IMG/VR virus record: IMGVR_UViG_3300032229_000533
Location: 96,001-160,000 of that record
Source: a virus
Reading direction: 5' to 3' (one strand)
Length of the DNA stretch: 64,000 nucleotides
In this document: one piece after another, positions 19,554 to 30,209 of the stretch
How positions within the stretch are numbered: the stretch's first letter is position 1
How the letters are laid out: every line of letters begins with the position of its first letter
Notes under the pieces: model-generated
What the model saw: only the letters and a program-made list of their open reading frames with translations
What the model was told of the DNA's origin: nothing
Databases searched by the model: none
Translations under genes and position numbers: made by a program

Positions 19554-20276
19554 TTATTTTCCCAAATAATCGGTTAATTTTTTCATTAAGTCAACTCCTT
19601 TGGATTGGAATTCTGAATTTTCTGGTGATTTATGTCGTTTTTCTTCTTCTAAGTTTTCTTCGTACTTGCTTCTATCATCAGGATTACTAAACAAATAAGC
19701 CCCTGGTGTTGATGGTGATGATACTAAGTCAAAACAAATTAATTCAAAATCATCTTGTACTTCATTTCTTTCCCCAACCTTTTTTAAAGAACCTACTCCT
19801 CTTGAAGAAACTCCCATTGTAACACCTTGTCTCATTAAGTTAGCCGCTTGGTCTCCTTTAGTTGAAACAATCCCCCTTTCGTGAAATCCTGGTGATGTCA
19901 ACAATTTTAGTTTACCCATCAAGATATTTTTATCCCACCATATATCAGTGATGATGTGAGATACTCTATCCAAGTCAATTAAAGATGACTCAGGGTGATT
20001 AAGTTCTGAAGTTGATAAACCCTTGGCAATTGCCTTCTTATAATTCTCAGCTTCTCTTTTTAATATTCTTTCAGGGTAGAATCTTCCGTTTCTATTTGGT
20101 GTATCGTATTTCTGTAATACGGCATAAAACTCAAATGGGTTTCTATAATCTAAGTTAGCAGCTTCCTTTAACATTTCTGAATTACGAATGTCTTTTGGGG
20201 AAACCCAACCCGCATCCATCTCAATCAATATACCATGACCGACTTCACTTGCTTCTAAAATTCTTAATTGTTTCAT
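19554..20276 (-). CDS. prohead core protein protease (T4 gp21-like)
   Basis: ELNHPE (catalytic His), GVSSRGVGS (catalytic Ser), DLVSSPS. Confidence 0.92.
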   Translation of the reverse strand: MKQLRILEASEVGHGILIEMDAGWVSPKDIRNSEMLKEAANLDYRNPFEFYAVLQKYDTPNRNGRFYPERILKREAENYKKAIAKGLSTSELNHPESSLIDLDRVSHIITDIWWDKNILMGKLKLLTSPGFHERGIVSTKGDQAANLMRQGVTMGVSSRGVGSLKKVGERNEVQDDFELICFDLVSSPSTPGAYLFSNPDDRSKYEENLEEEKRHKSPENSEFQSKGVDLMKKLTDYLGK

Positions 20277-20321
20277 TAATAGTTTTTAAGATAAATATAT
20301 CAAAAGAGTTCTTTATTGATT

Positions 20322-20753
20322 TTATTTAGTTTTTGATATTGAAAAATCAAAGTATTTGTTTTCAATAACATTATCCCTTACAATACTTCTTACTATTTTT
20401 TTAACGGATTCCTTTAATTCAGGAGATTTAAAATCAAATTCTTGATTGGTATACAAATTAACCTCTAAATTAAAAAATGATTTTTTTCCGTGGGATATCC
20501 CACTTGTTCTTAAATCTAAATCAACAATACTATTTTCTTTAAAAAGACTCGTGTCAATTGAATTAAATACGGAATGTTTTATTTCTCGGTTTAGATTACA
20601 CACGACCCGATTCCAATTATCGTGGTCAAATTTGGGGGAGACCCATGATTGAATGTTTATGTATAATGATTTTAAATTTTTAGAATCTACCGTACCATAT
20701 ACCGATTTTATCGGACTGAATAGATTTAACTTTACACTTTTTCCTTTTTTCAT
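20322..20753 (-). CDS. hypothetical protein
   Basis: 143-aa ORF. Confidence 0.6.
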   Translation of the reverse strand: MKKGKSVKLNLFSPIKSVYGTVDSKNLKSLYINIQSWVSPKFDHDNWNRVVCNLNREIKHSVFNSIDTSLFKENSIVDLDLRTSGISHGKKSFFNLEVNLYTNQEFDFKSPELKESVKKIVRSIVRDNVIENKYFDFSISKTK

Positions 20754-20854
20754 TAATTTTCATTGATGTCAATGTTTATTTGTTTTTTTAAAAAATAACA
20801 CAAATAAATTCCATTGTCAAAAATTTTTCAATAAATTGCGATATTTCTAATAAT

Positions 20855-21043
20855 ATGCTAATAGTAGAAGTAAAAAAAGACGGAATAGAAAAAGCCTTGA
20901 AAACTTTAAAGTCTAAAGTTATCAAGACTAAGCAAAATCAAATTCTATTTGAAAAAAAAGAATTTGTTAAAAAATCAGTTGTAAGACGAGCTCAGGTGTT
21001 GAAAGCGTCGTATGTGCAAAAAGTAAAAAATTCTTTAAATTGA
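20855..21043 (+). CDS. rpsU: ribosomal protein bS21 homologue
   Basis: MLIVEVK..IEKALKTLK..EFVKKSVVRRAQVLKASYVQ aligns by eye with Bacteroidetes bS21; basic 62-aa protein. Confidence 0.85.
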   Translation: MLIVEVKKDGIEKALKTLKSKVIKTKQNQILFEKKEFVKKSVVRRAQVLKASYVQKVKNSLN

Positions 21044-21733
21044 TTCTTCTAAGTTTTTTAACTTAAGGAAATTCAATTGGTCAAACTTTTCAGTTTTCAA
21101 CCTATCTATGGTTTCAGACAATTTTGTCTTTAACTCAAATTCCTCTTCTTTTTCTAAGATGACATTAAGTTTACTAATCGCACTTTCACGAATAGTTTCA
21201 AACTTGTCTTCAAGAGATTTTGAATCTTCAGAAATTAATTGAAGGAATTCTTTTTTAGATGATTCATCAAGATTTTCAACATATTTGTTCAAAGTTTGGT
21301 TTGCAATACTAACCATTGATTTCAATGGGATATTGATAGATTCTTTAACAATATTATTTGTTGAAGTTAACACACTTGTAATATTTTTTTTGGAATTAAC
21401 CCTTTCTAACAAATTTAATTTATTTGTATAAACAAGGGCGTCAATATCGGAATATCTATTTTGAACATTCTCAGATAAAGTTCTTGGTAATTTAATACTT
21501 GGCAGTAATTGTTGGATTAAACTAATACCTTCTTCTAAGAAGTCTTTAGCATCAGATTCGTTTAGTCCTTGAGGAGTACTCAATTGGTCGTACAAAGAAT
21601 ACAATTTAGACATAGTTTTGTTACTCAAAACATTTTGTTTGAATTCTTTCAACGATTTCTTAAATTCCTTTTCATCTTTGTAGGATTCAAGAAGATTGTT
21701 TTCAATTATGGATTTGATTTTTCCGAAAGTCAT
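21035..21733 (-). CDS. hypothetical head-module protein
   Basis: Helical 232-aa ORF with late promoter motif at 21750-21757. Confidence 0.65.
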   Translation of the reverse strand: MTFGKIKSIIENNLLESYKDEKEFKKSLKEFKQNVLSNKTMSKLYSLYDQLSTPQGLNESDAKDFLEEGISLIQQLLPSIKLPRTLSENVQNRYSDIDALVYTNKLNLLERVNSKKNITSVLTSTNNIVKESINIPLKSMVSIANQTLNKYVENLDESSKKEFLQLISEDSKSLEDKFETIRESAISKLNVILEKEEEFELKTKLSETIDRLKTEKFDQLNFLKLKNLEESI

Positions 21734-21757
21734 TATAGTGTGTTTTCAATATAAATA

Positions 21758-23614
21758 TTAGGAATTTAGTAACTTATCCAATTCTTTTGAAATTTCTCCT
21801 AAAGATTCTTGAGCTTGACCTAAATCTAAAAATGTTGACCCTTCTAATAGGTTACTTTCAACCAATAAATTCATGTTTTTAATCTTTGATTCTGGTGTAA
21901 CCGCAGCTTCTCCACCTTCAGGTGCTCCACCTTCTGCTGGTGGTGGAGGTGCCGCCTCTTCACCTCCAGCTGGCGGTGCAGTTTCAAAACCACCTCCACC
22001 TCCAAATGATTCTTCACCACCTGTTGTAGTTGTTGCTGCAGCTGTTGCAGTTCCTCCTGTAGTATTACCATAAAGTTTATCTATATTATCAAATAAACCT
22101 GTTTTACTAATAACCGTAGGAGTTGCTTTAAGTTCTTCACCAACCGCTCTTTCAATTCTTTGTTGTTGTAAATCCAATCTAATTTCTTCATCAGACCAAT
22201 TAAATATGTGTTTCTTAGCCCAAGTTGAAGATGTTGGTTGAATACCATTTCCTGGGTCAGCAACTAAATCTTTATACAATAAAACTTTTTCTTTCCAAAC
22301 ATCAATTTTTAATAAATCCGCTTGTGTTGATGGATTAGACAAACCTAATGTAAAGTTTTGTAATTCGTCTTCAAATCCCAATAAGAATAAGTGAATGATT
22401 GCAATTTTGTTTAACTCCGCAATCATACTTTTTTGAATTCTGTTGATTGTACGAGCAAAACGAATATCTTGTAATGATAAATTTTTACCATCACCAACAA
22501 CTTCTTCAAAACCTAAAAATGCTTTAGGTACACGAAGAGCCGTTAATAATTTCTTTTGAATATATTCAATATCGGCAATCTCTGATAAGTTAGTTGCTCC
22601 TGGTAATGTTGTAATTGGGTCTGGTGCTGCAGGGTCACGAACAGGAATAAAATAATCTTGGTCTACCGCCATTTGGTTAAACCTCATATCAACATTACCT
22701 GTTTTAGCATCCACAACTTGTTCTCTCTTGAACTTGTTGGCAACACGGTTTACATATGCTTCAACGTCGTCATCGTTCATGTTTCCAACAAACACCTTAA
22801 ACATTCTTCGTTCAGGTGCTCTTGACGTACGATAGATTAACATCGCATCTTCAGATAACAATAATTGTTTCCAAATACGTCTTGCCTTTTCTAACATGGA
22901 AGTACCGTACGGAAGTTTTCGGTCATCACCTAATAATCTAAAGTGAGCTATTTCCCATGATTGGAATTCCATATTTCTATTTTTCCAAGTAAAATGAAGA
23001 GCCTTTTTATTCTCATCTTTTTCTTGTGTAATATCCACAGTAATTTTGGCAGATACTCCAACCTCATGACGTTCAATTTCAATTGTTGGTAATTGTTGAC
23101 AACCAATAATACCTTTTTCAGGGTCTAATTTAAGGTAAACAAAGTTATCACCATACTTACAAGTGTTTCTTGTCCACATTGGTAAGTTGGTGTTAATATC
23201 AAGTGCATTATTAAATAAATCCGCTAATACAGATTTAATACGTTTTGATTCAGAATAAATTTGAAGGATAAAGCCATCTTCGTTTGTTGTTGTAGATTCT
23301 TCAGAATAAATGTCTAACGCCGCTGAAATTTCAGGAGTGTATTCCATTGATTCATAATCATACTGAGCGGATAATCTTGATGGTTCATAATAAATCGCTT
23401 GAGAGTATAAATTGTTTTCAACTTTAGCCCATTGATTTGTTAAATAAAATGTTTGTTGCGCTTGGAGTTTTTCTCTTTCGTAATCATCGCGATTTGGAGT
23501 ACGCAAAAGTTCTTTTTTATCAAACTTAAAAGTTGGATAATCTTGTTTTAATAAAGAGTTTGGTCCAAATGTTTTGGACAACCTCTGCCATACCGTTAAA
23601 TTATTATCACTCAT
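21758..23614 (-). CDS. portal vertex protein (T4 gp20-like)
   Basis: HFRL..PYGTSMLEKARRIWKQL..EDAMLIYRTSRAPERR, LPGATNL, LRVP. Confidence 0.93.
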   Translation of the reverse strand: MSDNNLTVWQRLSKTFGPNSLLKQDYPTFKFDKKELLRTPNRDDYEREKLQAQQTFYLTNQWAKVENNLYSQAIYYEPSRLSAQYDYESMEYTPEISAALDIYSEESTTTNEDGFILQIYSESKRIKSVLADLFNNALDINTNLPMWTRNTCKYGDNFVYLKLDPEKGIIGCQQLPTIEIERHEVGVSAKITVDITQEKDENKKALHFTWKNRNMEFQSWEIAHFRLLGDDRKLPYGTSMLEKARRIWKQLLLSEDAMLIYRTSRAPERRMFKVFVGNMNDDDVEAYVNRVANKFKREQVVDAKTGNVDMRFNQMAVDQDYFIPVRDPAAPDPITTLPGATNLSEIADIEYIQKKLLTALRVPKAFLGFEEVVGDGKNLSLQDIRFARTINRIQKSMIAELNKIAIIHLFLLGFEDELQNFTLGLSNPSTQADLLKIDVWKEKVLLYKDLVADPGNGIQPTSSTWAKKHIFNWSDEEIRLDLQQQRIERAVGEELKATPTVISKTGLFDNIDKLYGNTTGGTATAAATTTTGGEESFGGGGGFETAPPAGGEEAAPPPPAEGGAPEGGEAAVTPESKIKNMNLLVESNLLEGSTFLDLGQAQESLGEISKELDKLLNS

Positions 23615-23651
23615 AGTTTAAATTTACTAATTACCTTGATAATATAAATAG

Positions 23652-25415
23652 TTAGCGCGAACCAAATAACCATCCATATTTTTGGTAATCAGCCTTGGTG
23701 GCCTCACCTTGATTATTCATACCATTACCCCTACCCATTTGTGGAACCATTGGGTTAAAGAAATCAGAAGAGTTTTTATTTTCATTAACCGTGGTTGCCC
23801 ATGAGTTAATCATTGCTTTAGTATGATTAGTTACTTTCTCTAAAGATTGAAACGATTTTTCCGCAACATACAACGCCATGGAAACACCCATAATACAGTC
23901 ATCATGATGACCTTTTTGGTGGTCAGGTCTACCGTTGATATATACAAACGTATTCATTTCATTGTATAATCTATTTGAATATACTTTAAATCCATGCCTA
24001 ACACCTTCTTCAAATGATGCAATAATCTGAACCCTTTTAGAGTTAAAATTAATACCAGGAATTTTTTCGTTAATTTTTGGGTCCCATTTCCACTTATTAC
24101 TTGTATCAACGTTATCAATATATAAACCACCCTGATAGTTTAATTCTTGTAATTTTCTCGCAGTAGAAATACCCATACCCCCTGTGATATCAATTACACA
24201 GTAAGCATTATACATTGTCCCCCATTTATATGCTATTTCAGCCAATACATCAGGTGGAATTTTTGCAACGTATTCTAATACTTGTTCTCTTTCATCAAAA
24301 TCAATAATTTGGATACACGAAAAGTCCTCAGAATCACCACGAGATACATCCACACCCATAACGTATTTGTGACCGTTTACAGGTTCTTTAAATATCCACA
24401 ATGAACCACCCATAAGTTTAGCTTGTGGTTCACGTAAAGTATTTTTAGCAATACCTTGCATTAATTCAGATTCAAATACGTTATCACCTGAACCTAAGAA
24501 GTTACATTCCAACTCTTGAGCTACTTTTCTTCGGTCAAACTTTAACTTTTTAACCATACTTTCAAACCACGCAGAACATGGTTTATATCCTTGGGAGATG
24601 TAATCAGTTACAACAGAATGGTCTCTGTCGTATGGATTTTCCATAGACAAATCAACAATATCTTTATCAGAATATTCTTCTCGGTTTAACAAATAGTGAA
24701 CCAAATCATTAGTTTTAACCATATACAAATCTTTTGTATATCTTGGGTCACGATACCAAAACATCTCAGATATTTTGAAATCGTTCATGTTTCTTAATGA
24801 CTGGTCATAGATTTCATAGTAGATTGGGTCATATCCGTTTGGAGTGGATACAACAATAACTTTACCCCCTGTAGATAGGGACGCCATACACGCAGACCAG
24901 AAATCTGAATCCGCTTCAATAAACGCCGCCTCGTCAAATACAAGGATAGTAGGGGTATAACCCCTCAAAGCATCCTTTGACGTTGCAACCGCTTTTACTT
25001 CACAGTCGTTACTTAATTTGAAATGTCTTTGGGAATTTTTTTCTTTTGAAAAAGTAACTCCGACCCATGCAGGCCATTGTTCTGTAAACCCTCTCACCTT
25101 GTTAGCCATCTCCATTGAGGTATCTAACTTGTTTGCAATTATAAGGATTTTTTCAGGTTTGTTCTTTTTGGCAAATACTAATCTTTTAGATATCCATGCC
25201 GCAGTTACGGTGGATACACCTGCCTGACGATACTTCAATGCAATATTTTCATTGTAGTTATCGTAATCTTCAATTAAACTAACTTGGTCGGGAAATAAGT
25301 CCAATGGGACATATTTGGATACGGTATTATCGTATGTTTGTAAGTAAGTACGAAGTGCGTAAGGAGTATTCCTCATACACTTCGTAACTTCAATAATCAG
25401 TTGTTCTCTATTCAC
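23652..25415 (-). CDS. terminase large subunit (gp17-like)
   Basis: KYRQAGVST, Walker B ILVFDEAAF, STPNG, nuclease GVDVSRG and HDDCIM; GTG start. Confidence 0.93.
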   Translation of the reverse strand: MNREQLIIEVTKCMRNTPYALRTYLQTYDNTVSKYVPLDLFPDQVSLIEDYDNYNENIALKYRQAGVSTVTAAWISKRLVFAKKNKPEKILIIANKLDTSMEMANKVRGFTEQWPAWVGVTFSKEKNSQRHFKLSNDCEVKAVATSKDALRGYTPTILVFDEAAFIEADSDFWSACMASLSTGGKVIVVSTPNGYDPIYYEIYDQSLRNMNDFKISEMFWYRDPRYTKDLYMVKTNDLVHYLLNREEYSDKDIVDLSMENPYDRDHSVVTDYISQGYKPCSAWFESMVKKLKFDRRKVAQELECNFLGSGDNVFESELMQGIAKNTLREPQAKLMGGSLWIFKEPVNGHKYVMGVDVSRGDSEDFSCIQIIDFDEREQVLEYVAKIPPDVLAEIAYKWGTMYNAYCVIDITGGMGISTARKLQELNYQGGLYIDNVDTSNKWKWDPKINEKIPGINFNSKRVQIIASFEEGVRHGFKVYSNRLYNEMNTFVYINGRPDHQKGHHDDCIMGVSMALYVAEKSFQSLEKVTNHTKAMINSWATTVNENKNSSDFFNPMVPQMGRGNGMNNQGEATKADYQKYGWLFGSR

Positions 25416-25421
25416 AAAATG

Positions 25422-26708
25422 TTATTTAGGTAGTGTTATACCTAAACCACTTAAAAAGTCATCTAAACCATCATCGTCATCCTCATCTGAATCAATATTT
25501 TCTTCTTCTTTGTAGTTTTCAAATTCTTCTTTCATTTGAATCGCTTCTTTCATGATTTCTTTAAATCTTGAGGTGGCTTTTTTAACTTTTGAAGAATCTT
25601 CAGAGATGGCATTTCCAATAATTTCTAAAAACTCTTGTGCTGGTATTTGATATAACAATATATGGAACCAGTTTATTAGTCCTTTATTATCTTGGTCATA
25701 CATTTCATCGGGTAATGCAAATCTAATTTTTTCAACAATTTCAGGACCAATTCTTAATTGCATTGGTTCATTAGATAAAATGTCTGTTTGACCTTGTACT
25801 TTTTGACGAAGACTTGGTTCTTTTGGTAATCCGTGTCTACCTTTAGCTTCTTCTAATCCTTTAATAATTTCATGACAAAGAATCGGGAAAATCATACCTG
25901 TAGCCATGATTTTTGTGTCAGGTTGTGATTCACCTTCTTCTCCACCTTCATCTTCATCGGCATCACCTAATTCTACTTTACCTGCAACACCTTGACCTGT
26001 TTGACTCATCATTTCAATCATTTGTTCCATACTAAAATACAAGAAATCATTGATTGCCATAATACCCAAATAATCTCTATAAAGAGACGGGTCAATAGCA
26101 TCTAATCTTGCTTTAACTTCAGGTTTTTGAAAAAGATAATGTCCTTTTTTTGCAGCACCTTGGATAATTGCGTTAATAATATTTCTTTTGTGTTTTTCTA
26201 ACTCTAAAATTTCTTCGTCGGTTAAATCTTCAATATCAAAAGATGGGAATTCCAAAGATTCTTCCTTTTCTTCTTCATCCTCTTTATCATCTTCAGGTTC
26301 AAATCTAAAATTACCAGTATCTGGCATACCTAAAGTAGCTTCAATTTGATACCAATCTGCAGGAACTTCGGCCTCATCTAAAGACGCTTCTTTTGCTAAA
26401 TCAATAAGTTCATCCCTATTAGCTGCTTCTATTCTCATAATATTAGGAAGCTTTCTCATCATTTCTTGGTAAATCATACCTTGAACTTGTTTAGAACTAA
26501 GGTCTTCTATTCCAGTTACTTGTCTTAATTTATTAGCAACTTTTTGAAATCTACTACTAACTAATCTTTGAACATCTTGGGTTCCTCTTTGTAGTGCAGG
26601 ATTACTTGCGTAAATATTTTCAGGACTTCCCAATTTTCTTTCCAAATTTGGGTCCATTCTTTCAGGTCTATTACCGTAATCTATTTGTTCGTTAAATTTC
26701 TTTGCCAT
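25422..26708 (-). CDS. hypothetical protein
   Basis: 428-aa ORF in the late operon. Confidence 0.65.
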   Translation of the reverse strand: MAKKFNEQIDYGNRPERMDPNLERKLGSPENIYASNPALQRGTQDVQRLVSSRFQKVANKLRQVTGIEDLSSKQVQGMIYQEMMRKLPNIMRIEAANRDELIDLAKEASLDEAEVPADWYQIEATLGMPDTGNFRFEPEDDKEDEEEKEESLEFPSFDIEDLTDEEILELEKHKRNIINAIIQGAAKKGHYLFQKPEVKARLDAIDPSLYRDYLGIMAINDFLYFSMEQMIEMMSQTGQGVAGKVELGDADEDEGGEEGESQPDTKIMATGMIFPILCHEIIKGLEEAKGRHGLPKEPSLRQKVQGQTDILSNEPMQLRIGPEIVEKIRFALPDEMYDQDNKGLINWFHILLYQIPAQEFLEIIGNAISEDSSKVKKATSRFKEIMKEAIQMKEEFENYKEEENIDSDEDDDDGLDDFLSGLGITLPK

Positions 26709-26711
26709 AAA

Positions 26712-27575
26712 TTATTTCTTTAATAAGTTCATTATCACATCAATCACTTTGTCTTTAGCCTGTTCAGGTGAAACTTTTGTCGCTTTTGGTGCGGGATTTT
26801 CACCAGGGTTTGGGTTTTTACCAGGATGAGCAGGTCTACTTGGTTTTGTAGTTGGTTTTGTTGTTGGTTTTGTTGTAGGTGCGGGTGCAGTTTGTTGTTC
26901 TTTTGTTTCACTTTTTTTTGCCTTTGGAGCAGGATTCTCTCCAGGGTTTGGGTTTTTACCAGGATGTGCAGGTCTTGTTGTAGGTCTTGTTGTAGGTTTT
27001 GTTTTTGGTTTTGTTGGTGCAACCGCTGGTTCTGATTCTGAAAGAACCTTCATTAAATCGCCTTTTGTAATTCTTGGGGGTATATGTTTTTCCACTATTC
27101 TTTCTATTTGAGTTTCCAAGAACAAAGATACAGGATTTTTCCCTTCTTTCAATTGTTTTTTTACTTCTCTTACACATCTCTCCCACTTTCTTGATTTTTT
27201 AGGTCCGACTTGTGAATGACAAATAGCCCAAGGATTTGGACCATCTTTTTCTTCCATCATTCCCATACCATCTGTTTCATCACCAAATCCATCATCAGAT
27301 GAAGGGCCTACTTGATGAGGGTCTTGAGTTTCAGTATCTTTATTTGGGTCTAAAGTTACTTCTTCTTCTTCATCAAGTTCTTTTTCATAAACTTGAAATG
27401 GTTTTTTTTCACTTTTTAACTTATTAATTGTTGCGGAATCTGTTTTTGACACCATTGTTTGTTCAACAAATAATTTTTTATGTAAAGTATCAATTTGTGA
27501 CTCAGTTAATCTACTAACTGTTTTAGACGATAAACCTTTATCAATCAATTCAAGGGCTTTTTTATTAACTTTCAT
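26712..27575 (-). CDS. hypothetical protein with duplicated Pro/Thr-rich module
   Basis: Two copies of PTT(K/R)PTT..RPAHPGKNPNPGENPAPKA. Confidence 0.65.
   Translation of the reverse strand: MKVNKKALELIDKGLSSKTVSRLTESQIDTLHKKLFVEQTMVSKTDSATINKLKSEKKPFQVYEKELDEEEEVTLDPNKDTETQDPHQVGPSSDDGFGDETDGMGMMEEKDGPNPWAICHSQVGPKKSRKWERCVREVKKQLKEGKNPVSLFLETQIERIVEKHIPPRITKGDLMKVLSESEPAVAPTKPKTKPTTRPTTRPAHPGKNPNPGENPAPKAKKSETKEQQTAPAPTTKPTTKPTTKPSRPAHPGKNPNPGENPAPKATKVSPEQAKDKVIDVIMNLLKK
26780..27020 (-). repeat. intragenic duplication (RPAHPGKNPNPGENPAPKA x2)
   Basis: Visible nucleotide duplication ccagggtttgggtttttaccaggatg. Confidence 0.85.
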
Positions 27576-27960
27576 ATACTAATTTTTTTTCAAATTCTAA
27601 AATTAAGTCTCTTTCATAGAGTTTATCTTTAATTTCCTGTTCAGAACTACCAAATCTAAAAACCATTCTTTTTTGTCCTTCAGATTCTTCTTGTTCCCAG
27701 GCTAACGCAACAACGTCATCCATTGCGTCTATCATACAAAAAAAATCGGAGTTCTGAATCAATTCCAATTTTAAATCAGTATTTCTCAGAACTCCTACTT
27801 TCTTAATATATTGTAATTCAGGTGGAGTTGGATAACCGTTGGAAGGTTTACTTTCCCAAGATTCTCCCCAAACGTCCAAACTATCTGAAAATATAAATTC
27901 GTATAAATTATCTCCCTTATAGTTAGGACCTAGTCCGTTAACATAAGTTAAATAGCTCAT
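27565..27960 (-). CDS. hypothetical protein
   Basis: 131-aa ORF overlapping neighbours in the operon. Confidence 0.6.
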   Translation of the reverse strand: MSYLTYVNGLGPNYKGDNLYEFIFSDSLDVWGESWESKPSNGYPTPPELQYIKKVGVLRNTDLKLELIQNSDFFCMIDAMDDVVALAWEQEESEGQKRMVFRFGSSEQEIKDKLYERDLILEFEKKLVYES

Positions 27961-29201
27961 ATCAAATCTCCGTTTGGTGTAATTCTTACTTGACCTGTTT
28001 TAGTTTCAAAAACTAAATTCTTTTTGTTTGTGATTCCAACAAATTTAGAATTTAAATTTTCTTTTACAAATTTCTTAGCTGCTAATTCTTGTTCAATAGT
28101 TTCAGTCATTTTAACAACTGATTCCATAATCTGATTAACTATTGATTTTTTCTTCGCAGTTTCTTGGATTTGTTTTTCTTTACCTTCTCTAATTTCTTTT
28201 TTAGAAACCTCAAAATATTTTGAAATTACTTTGTCTACTTTTGATTCACTAAAAATACTATCAAAGATTGCTCCATTACCATAATCTTCTTCTTCCATTT
28301 CATACCCCTCAACAGGAATATCCATATCAGCTTGAATATCTTCAACTTCAGTATCGTCAGTCATATCTTCACCGTCCATATCATCTTCTTGACCAAAATC
28401 TTCAGTTTCATCTTCTTCAAATTTAGACATGATGTCTTCCTTATCTTCCTCTGATAATGATTTTAAATCTAATGAAGATAATACCATATTAATTACATAC
28501 TTAATATCTTCAGAAGTCATTCCTTCTTGAGAATCAAGGGTTCTAATTTTTTGAGTTAATTTACCTGTAAGTTTTTGAATTGTTTTAAACGTAACTTGTC
28601 CTTCATTTTCTTCTCCACCTTCTTCAGCGTTAACGTCAACATCAATGTCAACATCATCTACTTCAGGTGCGTCATCTACTTCAGGTGCATCATCTACTTC
28701 AGGTGCATCTTCCATTCCCATGTCTTCACCTCCACCCATTGGTGATGGTGGTAATTCAGGTGATGGTACTGCTGGTGGTGCCGCTGGTGGTGCAATAGGT
28801 GCCTCAGCTGCAGGTTCAGGTTTTGGGGTTTTTAATGTGAATTTTTTTTGTTCACCATACAATGAAACACCTTCTTCGTTTTCATTAATTCTGTTTAATT
28901 CTCCCGCAACAAGATTTAATCTTTTAAACGCTTGCGAATATGAAGAATAGTATTTTCTATTTTTCATAGGTTCAATATATTCAGTTTCAGATTCAGAAAT
29001 AGTTTTCTTAATAATATATCCTTGTCTTTCTCTTACAATTTCATACTTGTTTCCGTCGGCAAGAGACACTGAATATTCAGATTTTGCAGTTTCATTAATT
29101 GATTTTGGCATCACTTCTTTGAAACGAGCGATTTCCATAATTCTACTTATTTTGTCTTGGCCTGTTAGTTTTTCACTACCAATTGGTTTTAAGTCTGCCA
29201 T
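27957..29201 (-). CDS. acidic hypothetical protein (probable head-internal/scaffold-like)
   Basis: Acidic low-complexity linkers, APEVDD x3, KISRIMEI motif. Confidence 0.6.
   Translation of the reverse strand: MADLKPIGSEKLTGQDKISRIMEIARFKEVMPKSINETAKSEYSVSLADGNKYEIVRERQGYIIKKTISESETEYIEPMKNRKYYSSYSQAFKRLNLVAGELNRINENEEGVSLYGEQKKFTLKTPKPEPAAEAPIAPPAAPPAVPSPELPPSPMGGGEDMGMEDAPEVDDAPEVDDAPEVDDVDIDVDVNAEEGGEENEGQVTFKTIQKLTGKLTQKIRTLDSQEGMTSEDIKYVINMVLSSLDLKSLSEEDKEDIMSKFEEDETEDFGQEDDMDGEDMTDDTEVEDIQADMDIPVEGYEMEEEDYGNGAIFDSIFSESKVDKVISKYFEVSKKEIREGKEKQIQETAKKKSIVNQIMESVVKMTETIEQELAAKKFVKENLNSKFVGITNKKNLVFETKTGQVRITPNGDLI
28654..28707 (-). repeat. 18-nt coding tandem repeat x3 (APEVDD)
   Basis: tcatctacttcaggtgcN repeated three times. 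Confidence 0.9.
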
Positions 29202-29220
29202 ATTTTCTTATTTTATATTT

Positions 29221-29415
29221 TTAATTATTTAATCCGTTAAACCCACCTAAGGTTATCGCGTTTAGTTGTATGATTGGTTCATTGTCTGCGTTAGAAAATA
29301 CGGGGTGAGGAGCAACCCCATTAGCAGGACCTCCCTCTGTTATTGAACCACCACTAAAATTACCTAAAATTCCAACGGTATACTCGTATTGTGTATTTGC
29401 AGAATATGTTGCCAT
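29221..29415 (-). CDS. hypothetical protein
   Basis: 64-aa ORF with late motif upstream. Confidence 0.55.
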   Translation of the reverse strand: MATYSANTQYEYTVGILGNFSGGSITEGGPANGVAPHPVFSNADNEPIIQLNAITLGGFNGLNN

Positions 29416-29462
29416 GTGTTTTAATTTTCTTAATAAATATACGACCGATACAAATAATTTAA

Positions 29463-30188
29463 CTATTCTTGAATTGTTCTTTCAATAGACAACTCTTTAT
29501 CCGTCTCTTTATTTACGGTATCAAATAATTTTTCTATGTGACCCGACCTTCTTAAAAATTTAAAAACCAAATTTTCATAAGATAATTCACCATCTTTTTC
29601 TAATCCAGACTTTCTATAATCTTTAAGTTTAGTCTTAATTGTTTCTAAATTTTTATCCTCGTCAATCGCGGTATCAATCTTTTCTGTCCAAGATTTTATC
29701 TTTTTTTCAAGAACTGATTTGTCAATTTCGTTTTTGAATTTTTTTGGTTTGCTAACCCATTCATCATTCATAACAGAATATACCCCTGAACTATAATGTG
29801 GTTCTTCTGCATCTTGTGCATATAACTCAACATCGTAACCAAAAATTTTGATATTATGTTTGTCGTTAAAAACTTGTTTTTTTAAATTGAATAATTCTTT
29901 ATATAAGTCACTTTGTTTTTCATATTGTTTTAAATCAACAATTACATGTAAATCAAAGTCTGAAAATTCTGACCAATTAAAATTTGCTAATGAACCTGTA
30001 AGATGAATATCGTCAACAAAAACATCATCACCTAAATAATCAATAAACTCTTCTGAAATACGCATAAGAGCTTTTCTAACCTTTGGTATCATTACCGATT
30101 TGTTAGGTTCTTTCGGATTTTCCCAAATTTTTGGGTTTAGTGTATCCTTAATTGAAAAGCTATCAAGAATTTTTTGGAAATTATTCAT
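29463..30188 (-). CDS. pol-beta-superfamily nucleotidyltransferase
   Basis: LTGSLANFNWSEFSDFDLHV (GS..DxD) and third Asp region YDVELY. Confidence 0.75.
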   Translation of the reverse strand: MNNFQKILDSFSIKDTLNPKIWENPKEPNKSVMIPKVRKALMRISEEFIDYLGDDVFVDDIHLTGSLANFNWSEFSDFDLHVIVDLKQYEKQSDLYKELFNLKKQVFNDKHNIKIFGYDVELYAQDAEEPHYSSGVYSVMNDEWVSKPKKFKNEIDKSVLEKKIKSWTEKIDTAIDEDKNLETIKTKLKDYRKSGLEKDGELSYENLVFKFLRRSGHIEKLFDTVNKETDKELSIERTIQE

Positions 30189-30209
30189 CCTATATAAATA
30201 GTAAGAATA

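Noticed and set aside
18405-28707. CRISPR-like arrays
   Set aside because: The tandem repeats found are in-frame coding repeats without unique spacers; no cas genes are visible.
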